Shown piece by piece: positions 11,528-22,473 of a stretch of 64,000 nt of DNA (position 1 is the first letter of the stretch; every line of letters starts with the position of its first letter). The stretch is taken from assembly GCA_964016885.1 (NCBI GenBank), contig OZ024742.1:357926001-357990000 (forward strand), read 5' to 3'. A program made the position numbers and the translations under genes. The notes beneath the pieces were generated by a model, which saw only the letters and a list, made by a program, of their open reading frames with translations, did not search any database and had not been told where the DNA came from. This DNA is from Eledone cirrhosa. Its lineage: Eukaryota.

Positions 11528-12182
11528 TTTGTCATTTCTCTCCCTTTAAAATATCATCATCATCATCATCACCACCACCATCATCACCCTTTAACATCTA
11601 TTTTCCATGCCTGCATACAGACCATTTGTCTGGTTTTCTTTCTAATGCAAACCACATTACTGCGTGTACGGGGAGCTTTTCTTCTGGCACCATCACTGCC
11701 ATTTTACAGGGTGAACTGGATGTTTGTTTGTCTTGGTACCAGCCTCTCATCATATAATGATGTAGAACATTTTTGTTAAGTTATATACAAAATACCAGCT
11801 TAATTCTTTCTAACATAGTTGCAAGACATTATTTTCTGTTATCCATGTGGACTAAAACATATATGACCAAACTGCTAGAAATAGAAGCCAAATCAGATCT
11901 TACTATTTGAAAATTAAACTATTTTTCACTGGGAAAAATTTGTCACCATTTTATATATATATATATAGTATGAATAAATACGAGCAAAGTTTCATACACT
12001 TAACATGTCTGTGCTACCATTGTTTTGGGGGTTCAGTCATAGCCATCTCTGTATTATGGAGGAGGCAAATGTTAAATGTATGAAACTTTGTTCATACTAA
12101 ATAAGTCCACTTCCAACAAATCGAACACTGTTTTCCTTGATCATTTATCTACAAATTTCTACCAACACATATATATGTAACA

Positions 12183-12460
12183 GGAGGCACACGGCCTAGT
12201 GGTAAAGGTGTTCGATGTACGATCATAATGTTGTGGGTTCGATTCCTAGGTTTCGTGTTGTGTTCTTCAATAAAACACTTCATTCCATGTTGCTCCAGTA
12301 TACTCAGCTGAAAATGAGTACCAACAATAGCTGGGGGTTTATCTCTGTGATAGACTGGCGTCCTGTCCAGGGAGGAGTCTTGTACTCTCAGTTACTTCAC
12401 GCCATGAAACCAGGATAAGCACCAGCCAAATGAGTCTTCTGGCTTAAGACAGACTTTAGA
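12183..12460 (+). mobile_element. tRNA-derived SINE, MetaSINE-like
   Basis: A box GGCCTAGTGGT, B box GGTTCGATTCC, and central GACTGGCGTCCTGTCCAGGGAGGAG...GAAACCAGGATAAGC motifs resembling the Meta domain. Confidence 0.7.
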
Positions 12461-12676
12461 CTTTTTTTTTTAGATATATGTGTGTGTGTGTGTTTACATA
12501 TATAATCCAAACCCATGCTAGCGTGGAAGATGGATGTTAAACGATGAGGATGATGATGAATCATCAGCAGCACCATCCCCATTCTACGTTCCCTTACTAT
12601 GCTTGCAAGGGCAATAAGTATTGTATGTCCCCTTCCCACATATCTTTGGCACAGTTTCTATAGCTGGATGTATTAA

Positions 12677-13612
12677 TCTACTTATATATATATCCAGCAA
12701 TTTCTCTGTCTGTCTGTCCGACAGTGGAAACACGTGCGTAGAGAGAGAGTGAGAGTGAAAGAAAGAGACAGACTACGAGAGGGGGATAGCGGGAGGGAGA
12801 GAGGGAGAGAGAGAGAGAGTGAATAGACGCTAAAACACGTGCTATAGAAACATTACCTTCCCCTCTCCACTGAATTTGATCACTGAAGCCGAGGGAATCG
12901 CTGGTTGCTATAGAGACATCTTGCACAAACCAGAAGTAACCAGTTCGAGGCGGTTCTGACTTGACAACATGCGAAGAAGGTTGCCATTAAATTTGTGGTT
13001 TGAAGAAGGTTGCTATTGAATTTGTGGTTGTTGCTGCTGATAATAAGGACCATTTGAAGAAGGTTGCTGCAGATGAGGTAATTTATTAATCAGATTGCGC
13101 AGTTCCATATCCTACGTTTGATTTGTTCAATTTTTTTCTTCAATTTTTGTTGTGTTTTTTTATTTCTTATTGAAAACATATAAATAATAAAATAAGGTTA
13201 GAAATTTAAATACAATTAAATACGATTTAATTTCCATTTCCAGCAGCCAATGTCCAGTGTTCAATTTCATGAAAAAATTTGAAATAATTCAAAAAATTGA
13301 AGTTTAACTTTTGAACATTTGTTTTGACAATAAAAAAATATTTCCTTTTCACACCTAATGGTATGATTAAAATTTCATAGGAATATTTTTTCTAACCGCC
13401 AGTTATTTATTTTCTCCTTTTTCGTTTTAACATATATTTATTTCAAAGATTTCACCGTATAGATAACATATATATTTATACATGCATAAAAGACACACCG
13501 AGAGACGGTGAACATGTGGTGCCGAAAACATTTCTCATCCAAATCTCAACAATATCAGTATATACACTAGATTTGCTAGCAGAAAACCGCCCACCGGGTG
13601 GTTTTCTGCTAG
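12677..13612 (+). mobile_element. Non-autonomous Helitron-like element A
   Basis: 5' A|TC start with a (CTGT)n tract; 3' GC-rich hairpin ending in CTAG. Confidence 0.6.
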
Positions 13613-14194
13613 TCTATATATATAAAACTGAGGATCTCTGTATGTGTGTGTGTGTCTGTGTCTGTGAGATTGAATCCTTAAAACTCGAGAAGTACCCATC
13701 CGATTTTTTTCAAACTTTACATGTGTATTACTTATGTTTCAAGAAGTGTTATGCACATAAAGAAATTCAACTTTTTGATCCCCTAGGGCCCGCATTAGGT
13801 GAAAAACTGCGTTTTTTCAGCTTTTTAGCGGTTTTTTGAGGCGTTACGTCAGACCGATTTCATTGAAATTGTAACTATGTATTAGTCAGTCTCTTCTTCA
13901 TAACGTGAGCAAAGAAAGTCCAACTTTTTTATCGCCTAGGCTCCGCATTAGGTGAAAAACATCATTTTTTCTGCTTTCTAGGGCTATTTTGAGGCGTGAC
14001 GTCTAAATCGCATTCAGAGTTATTTCCCTTGGACTGCTTCATCGAGGAAAATCTTAAAGATTATCCAGCCATCAGAGCATTCGGTTTATTTTCTTTAAAT
14101 ATTGTCCAGGCATGCAGATTTTACACGATTAGGTCTGTTGGCGGCCCGCTTTCTAAAATACCTTATCCTATGCAACGCCGAGTACCACTGCTAG
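13613..14194 (+). mobile_element. Non-autonomous Helitron-like element B
   Basis: 5' TCTATATATATAAAACTGA plus a (TG)n tract; internal direct repeat with about 150-bp period; 3' TGCAACGCCGAGTACCACTGCTAG|T. Confidence 0.7.
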
Positions 14195-14606
14195 TATATA
14201 ATATAATTAGCTACCAGCATAAACACTAATATAGATTGCTGAGTCTACCACCTTTAGTTATGTGGATTAATATTCCTGAAGAAATTCTTATAAATATTAA
14301 AACTCAACTAAGGCTAGTTGTCATTTTTCTATCAATGGAGTAATGCATAAACACCATATGTTTACATATTCAATGGACTCTTGGGTCTCCAATAATCATG
14401 TCCGCCTCTCACCAGCTTATTTATTTTTCAGATTTTTTCCAACTTTCCTCTTATTAAATTTTGCTAATCTATCTCCAGCAAAATGTTATTTTAAGTGATA
14501 GCATTCCTGCAGCAATTAACTCTGTTTATACATTAACAAATATTATAAATGACAAAAAAACAACAACATTACAAGAGATCTCATGCATTATAAAATAAAT
14601 AGATAG

Positions 14607-14787
14607 GTAGATTGGCAGTATCGGTAGAGCGTCAGACACCATGCTTTCCAGCATAGTTATGTCCCTTTACGGTCTGAGTTCAAATCCCGCCGAGATTAAC
14701 TTTGCCTTTCATCCTTACGAGGTCGATAAAATAAAGTACCAGTGATGCACTGGGGTAATCGCTGGCCTTGTGCCAAAAGTAGAAACT
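14607..14787 (+). mobile_element. tRNA-derived SINE (octopus-type)
   Basis: TGGCAGTATCGGTAGAGCG head, B box GAGTTCAAATCC, and TTTGCCTTTCATCC...GGTCGATAAAATAAAGTACCAG body. Confidence 0.75.
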
Positions 14788-14809
14788 CTAATGAAGATGT
14801 GGTAAAGAA

Positions 14810-14995
14810 GTTTGTGCTCTGGCTGGCAATCTACTGATGGAAGAACCTGTAGAGGAAGGTGACAAATCACCTACGTGGACACTCTGGTAGAAGACACAGA
14901 GATGGAGACAATAAAGAAACTGAAGACCATCATAAATGACCATAGTGAACAGAAGCAATGAGTGGAATTAGTGGAGCATCCCACTCGATGACTGA
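14810..14995 (+). mobile_element. RTE/RTEX-like LINE C-terminal relic
   Basis: WQSTDGRTCRGR*QITYVDTLVEDTEMETIKKLKTIINDH resembles the GRRSRGRP..TYVD terminal motif. Confidence 0.55.
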
Positions 14996-15749
14996 AGAGA
15001 GAATAAGGTAGGATTATATACAATATTCAAGCAGTTTCTGTCAATTCTATACTGTAACTCTATAGATATGTACATATATGTATTATATGTCCACTGTTAA
15101 GTACACAAACTTAACCATACAAAAGAGTTTAATACAATTGTTCTGTACTGTATATTTCTAGAGTTAATGTTAGAAAGTGTACATCACATAACATCCCCCA
15201 AACATCAAAGAGGTTTAACATTAGCTAGTTTAGCTTAAGTTAGCAATGAAGGAAAAGTTAAGAATAGTAAAGAAATGTGTGTATGTAAGTGTGTGTGATT
15301 GTGAATATTCTGTGTGGTTCATGAAAGCTTAAAATGTAGAAATTATATTAGTATAAATATATTCCTTTGAGACTGGAAGGATTAAAATATTCACAACATG
15401 GCAGCTGCAGTTTTTTGAAATATCAACTGACTGCTTGCTAAATTTATCAACATATCTAAATTTACATGAGCAGTATTCTGGCCAGAACGAAAGGAGGTAG
15501 GTAACATCACAGTCTATGGGATATCAGGCCATGTAATAGCATTTCAAAAATGTTCAATATCAACTTTTAGGTTTGGGTAAAGTTAATCTTTTTAATATTC
15601 AGCATTTATAAAACCTCACCAGAGAAAAGAAAAGAAAAGATAACAAAGAGAAAGTCATTGAAGCTAAATACAACGTAAATTTGCTGAGGTAAAATAGAAA
15701 TTAGTTTTCTTCATTAGCAGTGTGGTTATCTGTCCAGTGATTCTTTCCT

Positions 15750-16320
15750 GAGATATTCTAACCACATGTCTGTAACATTGGAAGTGATCTCTCAAATCAG
15801 AGAAGTAGCAACTCTACCTGGAGTGACTCTCTGATCTTTGAGCTACACAATGTATGAGACATTCTAGCTACATTCCAGAATATTGGAGCTGTGATCTCTC
15901 ACATTGGAGAAGTAGCAACTCTACCAGGAGTGACTCCCTGATCTTCAAGCTATACACTCAATAAGACATTCTAGCCACATGTCTGTAATATCAGAGCTGT
16001 GACTTCTTCATATCATAGAAATAGCAACTCTACCTGTAATGACTCTCTGATCTTTGTGCTACAAACGCTCTCGAGTATGTTACTTCAAAGACTCTTCGCT
16101 GGACAGATTCTACAAGCAAAATCAATTGGCAGGAGACCCAGACAAGATGGTTTGATAACATCCATGAGCTTGGCTGGTCTCACTTGGGGATCCAGGGGAT
16201 CAATTGGAGATGGCTGCTTCTGATAGGACATGCTGGAAGGAGTGTTTGTGGACTCTGCTCACATGACCCTTCCATGAATAAGTAGGAGGAGAAAGAGAAG
16301 AAGGAGAAGAAAAAAAGAAG
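15750..16320 (+). mobile_element. RTE-like LINE 3' relic containing a 3x tandem repeat of about 106 bp
   Basis: Units start near 15750, 15856 and 15963. Downstream pieces read IGRRPRQ and DNIHELGWSHLGI. A related single unit lies at about 19780-19880. Confidence 0.55.
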
Positions 16321-16816
16321 AAGAAGAGCTGGTTAGAATTTTTGAATTTAATACCTGTATGTATAACTTTTCAATTCTAATTAATTGCATCAAGCTAACT
16401 TTGAGATATAAAATCGGGGGAATGTGCTGTGTATTCTGATTTTTGTGTATGAGGGACCCTCCAAACCTGTAGTGCCCTGGTCCCTCCGAGGTCTAAATAC
16501 AACCTGTCTATATTCATAGGAGAAAATCATGGAGATTTACTTTATTTACTGATGATGTCACTATAATGTAGTTGCTTCCATTTCAACACATCATCTCAGA
16601 TAATGTCACTAGATAAAACAATTTCAATTTATATTCACAGTTGTATAAATAACATTACATAATGTCGTTGATAAACACAAATATAAACACATATAATAAA
16701 TACAATTAACTATTGTCAAGGACCTCACAAAAACAACACCAGATATATGACCAGAGTGAGAGAAAGAAAAAGAAAAGGGGGGATGAAAAACGAAAATGAC
16801 CGTGTGTTCTGCATAC

Positions 16817-16910
16817 AATGTGCAACAATTGGCTGCATGAAATGTGCAACAATTGGCTGCATGAAATGTGCAACAATTGGCTGCATGAAATGTGCAACAA
16901 TTGGCTGCAC
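16817..16910. repeat. 24-bp minisatellite, about 4 perfect copies
   Basis: (AATGTGCAACAATTGGCTGCATGA)n. Confidence 0.95.
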
Positions 16911-18687
16911 ATCACAAAGGTCAAGAACAAGTGCAACTAAAACCCTAAATAGATTTTACTTGTAATGAGCTGAACTTGAAAATCTGTAAATCTTATTTAT
17001 GTTTCCATTTTGTAGATGTGGTTAAAGATTAGAGATATGACAGGTATTGTTTGAAGTTAATGGTTCTAATTTCTTAATTTTTAACAATTTTATAACTGTC
17101 TATTTATATCAATCTTTTGTTAGCATAACATTTGAAAGAATAACAATCAATTAGATTGAAGGAAATTCTATTGGCTTAATGTCTTACATACATGCAAGTA
17201 TATAAAATATTGTGTCAATGTTTATGTGTATACATTTTATTATGTGAATCAATCAGACATTATTCGTTGCCAACAGAAAATGTATCTAAGATGGAATGAT
17301 TGTGACATTGATGTATAATGAGGAAAGTATTTGCTGGGAAAAGCCATAGATTACATGGAGCTAAGAAAAGAGTTATGCCTCTGTTATATTTTTAGTTTGG
17401 ATTTTCTTCTTGATGTTGTATAACTAATATGTTGGAATCTGTAAATGAAAAATTTCTATAAATTCTATTTTACTACAGGGTTATATTTGCATATGTTAAA
17501 AACCTTTAGAAATATTTGTGATGGGGAAATAGTATTCTGAATATTTTGACAGAAATAGGAAGTGCAACAGTTTACTATGAGAGGTGAAATAATTCTAAAG
17601 ACATTTGTATTGGAATTGTATGACCTAAATTCTGCTTTCATTTGAATCTGACAGAGCATTTGATTCAGAATCAAAGGTGTTTCCATTGAGGGTTTCAGTT
17701 GATCCCATTAAAAGAATAACCAGTGAATGACACTGAATATATCCTGCTATTCTGTACTTTCTTTACCTTTGTGCTAACAGATGGGAATCACTTTAAGCTA
17801 AGTAAACTTTGCTGTTGTTAAAAGGTTCATACTTCAGCTTCCACTTTAAGTACTTTTACTGACTGTTCTTTTGCATATATCATCATCATCGTCATCATAT
17901 AAATGTATGCTTTTCCATTGCAAAAGAAAATTAAGTTCTGTGTAAGATTGATGGCTCTAATCCTTAGATAGTAACTTTTGCTTCAGCAGCTAAAATATAT
18001 TATATATGGAATGTGACTTTTATATAAACTTGATAAATATGTAAATGCTTGAGAAAAGGCTTGGTATCAGAAAAATTATATGCAAAATATATTCTATACT
18101 TAAAACATTAATTATAAATTGTTATGTCAGAAACCTACATTTTACCACAGAGAAATTTTGTTATTTTATTATTGATTATTTCTGGGAAGAAATGTTTTGT
18201 AAATGCAAAGAATACAAAAAGAAAAAGAGAAACAAGATAAAGAAAAGGCTGAATTCAAATGTTCTATAAGGCTCCCAATTTGAGGAAATCTTATTTAAGA
18301 TCTTTATTCTACTAATTGTCTTTGTGTGTATTCTTTTATATTCCTCATCTATTCATTATTCTCAACATTGGGATTATAACCAAGATTTTAGCAATTTTAA
18401 ATCTAAATTTAAATCACAAAATCCTGTGATTTTGGGATTTCCAATTTACGAAGATTGTCACAGATTTTTTACACATCATAATCAAGGATTTCTATCAGGA
18501 AAAATCATTCCTTCAATAATCATATCATTTACATTTACTCTACACACTTAAAAATCCCTGATTCCACAGTAATGATAATAACGCAGAGAGATGCATATCA
18601 CATGCACATTTAATGCAGAACACATGGCTACAAGAATGACAAGTCAGATTCCTCTTATTGAATGTCTTTTATCACAGAAGTTGTTCT

Positions 18688-18902
18688 TTAGCCCTTTACC
18701 AGTTAAATTACACTGTATATATTAGTCTATTTTGTGGTCAAAGCTTTATTTAAAATAATATTGAATCTATGAGGTTTTGATAATATTTATTTTGAGAACA
18801 ATACCTTAATATCAGTATGAGTGGCCAGTTATGGCTGGTTTGATCAGAGAGAGGTAAGAGAATTTTGGCCAGATACAGCTGGTTTAAATATTACAGGGTT
18901 AA
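18688..18902. mobile_element. MITE-like element, copy 2 (piggyBac-like CCC...GGG|TTAA ends)
   Basis: ttagccctttaccagttaaa ... tttaaatattacagggttaa; body shared with 11308-11527. Confidence 0.6.
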
Positions 18903-19045
18903 AGAGGAGTATCCCGTATAATATGCTTCTGATATTGTGTACTGATAAATCTCTGGAACAGTGAAATATGGAATTGGAGGAGTTATTGCTTGTTTCTTAT
19001 TTTCAGAAAACCTGATCTAAAGACAGAAATGTCTCAATTCCAAAA

Positions 19046-19213
19046 CACATGGCTTAGTGGTTAGAGCATTGGACTTGCAATCGAGAGGTTATGAGTTCAA
19101 TTCTCGGACCGGGTGATGTGTTGTTTCTTTGAGCAAGACACTTTATTTCACATTGAGCAAGACACTTTATTTCAGCTGTAAAAATGAGATGATATAACTG
19201 GGTCCTTATCATT
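19046..19213 (+). mobile_element. tRNA-derived SINE head (same family as 9708-10036)
   Basis: Near-identical head, with an internal duplication of TTGAGCAAGACACTTTATTTCA. Confidence 0.8.
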
Positions 19214-19316
19214 AAATTACCCAAGACACCTCCAGCGAGATATACCTTGGAGGAGGCCATCTAAACCTGCATAGGTGTGAGCTGTCACACACACAATTGG
19301 AATGTTCCTCACAGGC

Positions 19317-19634
19317 AGGGTTGGATTTAGACATTGGTGGTGTGGGGGGGGGGGGACCAGGGCACTTCAGGTTTGTAGGGGAGGAGCACCTCAGACACAA
19401 AAAATTAGAATACACAGCAACCCCACTGCCCAATTTTATATATCAAAGTTAGCTTCGCACAAGTAATTGGAATTGAAAAGTTATACATACAAGTGTTATA
19501 TTAAAAAATTCTAACCTTCCTAAAACTAAAAAGCCCAGCTGAAGGCACAAATAAATTGCTATGGCTGTCTCACCCACAGCAGGCGGGCCCATTGCAATTG
19601 TCCCCTTTGCTTCCCTCCCATTAAATTCTGCCCT
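19317..19634. mobile_element. MITE-like element with CAGGG..GGATTTA termini
   Basis: cagggttggatttag ... ttaaattctgccctg. A related end lies in reverse orientation at about 16450-16506. Confidence 0.5.
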
Positions 19635-20635
19635 GAATATACAGTTGTTCAGTCAACTGGTCTATCTACACATTGAATTAACATGTATGTGGCTGAGTAT
19701 TCCATCGCCATGCATAACCTTAAAACATTTGTTACTTTATTTACAAGGAAATACACTTTATTTGAATTAATTAATGAAAAATTTGGAGTTGTGATCTTTC
19801 AATCAGGAGAAGTAGGGGCTATACTTGAAGTGACTCGCTCATTTCCAGGCTACACACTCTATCAAGTAACGTTACTCCAATAAATCTTTGGAGGAACCCC
19901 ATTTCTGCTGCTTCAGTTAGAGACAGTTGCTTCTGACAGGACCCTCTATAAGGAATGTTTGAGAACTCTGCCTTCGTGACCCTCTCAGGAATAAGTGGGT
20001 GCTCTGCTCTCCTGTACACTGCATCTGATTCCTCTTATGCCTAGTTTCTCTCTCAGTTTGTTTATGTATACACATGCACCAAAGCATGCAAGCTACATTT
20101 CTTTCCAATCTTCATAAGTCCTCTGCATACAGCACCCAGGCCTTACTACCATGCGACTCATATATACATGTAAATAGAAACTTTTTAAGAATGGTGGTTT
20201 GTTTCATAGAACCTGAAGCAGGTTTGGCCAGGTTAGTATCAGAATGATTGAATGAGAGAACATGTATAAAGGTTTTCTAAGAAATTGAGACAGACTTTCA
20301 TGATATACAATTTGACAGATTTCCCAACTGTCAACTTAACAACGTGAAAATGGAGCTGAGATTTCATGGAAATACATTAAATTTCCTATATTCTATTTAA
20401 TCCATTATAGAAATCCAAAAATAATTATATATGTGTATCAAGTCAATCTGTTGACCACTGACCACTGGTCTCTGTCTTCTGAAGCATTTTTACTCATCAC
20501 AGTCTGTCTTTGACATGATTTAACTGTTTTAACGGCTGTTCTAGTGATGAGTTTTCTCATGTTTATATGTATTGAAACACATCTCACTTCGTCTCAATCG
20601 GAGACAATATTGTTTTTTCATTATATATATACATA

Positions 20636-21528
20636 CAGGGTGCGGACGATATCTGTTCGCAAGATTACTGTCTAGGAAAGGATAACACAGTAGTTTTATT
20701 TTTTAATATTTATTTATCAAACTTGGGTCAGTTTGTCTTCATAACTTGTTCTTTCGATCTCACTCGATAAACCCGCCATTGGCTTTAATGACGGCCTCAA
20801 GGTAGCCTTGGAACCGGCTACAGGCCTTCGTCACTGTCCCCCGACTTAGGCCCCTAAAGGCACTTGTGATCCTGGCCTTCAGATCGTCTTTCGTATTGCA
20901 GCTAGATCTGTTGGTGTCTCGTTCCACTGCGCCCCACACAAAGAAGTCAAGAGGGTTGAAGTCAGGCGTGCTGGGAGGCCGGATGTCAGGTGAAGTGTGG
21001 TCGACGAAGTTCTCTGACAGCCAGGCTTGGGTCTTTCGACTGGTATGGCAGGGCGCTGAGTCTTGCTGCCACACGTACGGCCTACCTGCAGCTACCTGGT
21101 CGATCCAGGGCTTTACTACCTTGCTCAGAACGCGGATGTAGCCATCGGTGTTCAGCTTGAGGCCCTCAGGGAAGAAGTGAGGTGGTACGACGTCACCTTG
21201 ACTGCTGACGACACCTAAGACCAATGTTGTCGCTGGAAACTTTGTCTGCATGACTCTGGGCACGTCTTTGGATGAGACAGTGAGCCACCTGTTGTTCTGG
21301 GAGTTGATATTCTAGTCCTTATTTGTCCTCCCGGCATGGATTCCAAGAAGAACTCCGTGTCTCTTTTACAAATCTGGAGGTTCAAAATTATTCATAATCA
21401 ATTATTCTGAAAATAAATAATGGAAATATAGTCACTGTTTTTATGAAGACAAGAGTGACAACGGAAGTAAATAAAATTTGCATAAAATTAGCAGTTGAAA
21501 ATTGCGAACAAATAACGTCGACACCCTG
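20636..21528 (-). mobile_element. Tc1/mariner DD37D (maT) DNA transposon, internally deleted
   Basis: Imperfect TIRs CAGGGTG..GACG.TAT.TGTTCGCAA flanked by TA on both sides. Confidence 0.9.
20760..21263 (-). pseudogene. DD37D transposase catalytic C-terminal half
   Basis: WQQDSAPCH...PPSTPDFNPLDFFVWG has 37 residues between the second and third Asp. The N-terminal DNA-binding domain is missing. Confidence 0.88.
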
Positions 21529-21572
21529 TATATATATATAAAAGAAAATCTTGCTCTACATGGCTGAATACA

Positions 21573-21942
21573 ATAAATGTAATCTGAGTTTTTCGAATAT
21601 TAATAATAACATTCGATTTGTTTGCAATTTTGCAAACAAGCCTCAACTTTCTAGCCATGTCAGTAGAATGAATACTTCATTCTTGCTCTTGTGTTGGCAT
21701 GCGAACATAACTGCAGACACTAATGTTTCTGGGTATCACCCTTCATCAGTACAGCTCACTGTTCACCTTGAAGGGTGATACACAGAAACATTAGTGTCGT
21801 CTGCAGTTCTGTTCGCATGCCAACACAAGAGCAAGAATGAAGTGTTCATTCTACTGACATGGCTATAAAGTTGAGGCTTATTTGCAAAATTGCAAACGAA
21901 TCGAATGTTATTATTAATATTCGAAAAACTCAGATTACATTT

Positions 21943-21944
<2 letters not shown>
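21573..21944. repeat. Fold-back palindrome (about 172-bp arms, about 23-bp spacer)
   Basis: 21573-21745 is the reverse complement of 21769-21944, with few mismatches. Confidence 0.95.
21711..21754 (-). ncRNA. Minimal type I hammerhead ribozyme with intact core
   Basis: Reverse complement reads CTGTA-CTGATGA-A GGGT GAT ACCC A-GAA-ACATTAGTGT-C-TGCAG, giving a GUC site, 5-bp stem I and quasi-palindromic stem III. Confidence 0.8.
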
Positions 21945-21974
<30 letters not shown>

Positions 21975-22150
21975 ACTACATGATTGGACCTGTTATTTTT
22001 CTCTAAAAATGCTTTTTCTGATTCCAATTTCTCATTCTTTCTTCTGATGAAGAACTATCATCCAAAACCCTCTTTTGCTATTTCAAGCATTAAACTAATA
22101 TATTCCTTCCATATCCTGTGCCGTTTCTTTTGTTACTTTTGTTTACCTTT

Positions 22151-22184
<34 letters not shown>

Positions 22185-22473
22185 ATCCTGGTATGTGTAT
22201 ATGCATTTTTTCTTCTAACTTTAATTTTATACCTAATTTTGTATAGTTGACGGTATATTTAATCGATTTCCACGTGCTATTGAAATGTAAATATTCTATA
22301 GCGGTTGATCGTGAATAGATGGCTGTCATTTATTTATCTACTATTTCTTCATAGGTGCCTTTTAAACTTATAGCCTGGTTTAATTGATTTTTTTGTGGTT
22401 GATTATGCTAATTGGAAAAGGAAATAGTGTATATATATTATCAAATGATTCTATGGACATACTTTATAGTATA

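Noticed and set aside
11985-12097. Short inverted repeat (about 22-bp arms), possibly another ribozyme fold-back
   Set aside because: There is no intact CUGANGA box, so it is too degenerate to call.
12183-12255. tRNA genes at SINE heads (also near 9960-10036, 14607 and 19046)
   Set aside because: A and B boxes are present, but there is no intact cloverleaf and the sequence continues into SINE bodies.
16706-16965. Cys-rich repeat ORFs (CATIGCMK)n and their antisense ORFs
   Set aside because: They are explained by a perfect 24-bp minisatellite with no synonymous variation and no gene context.
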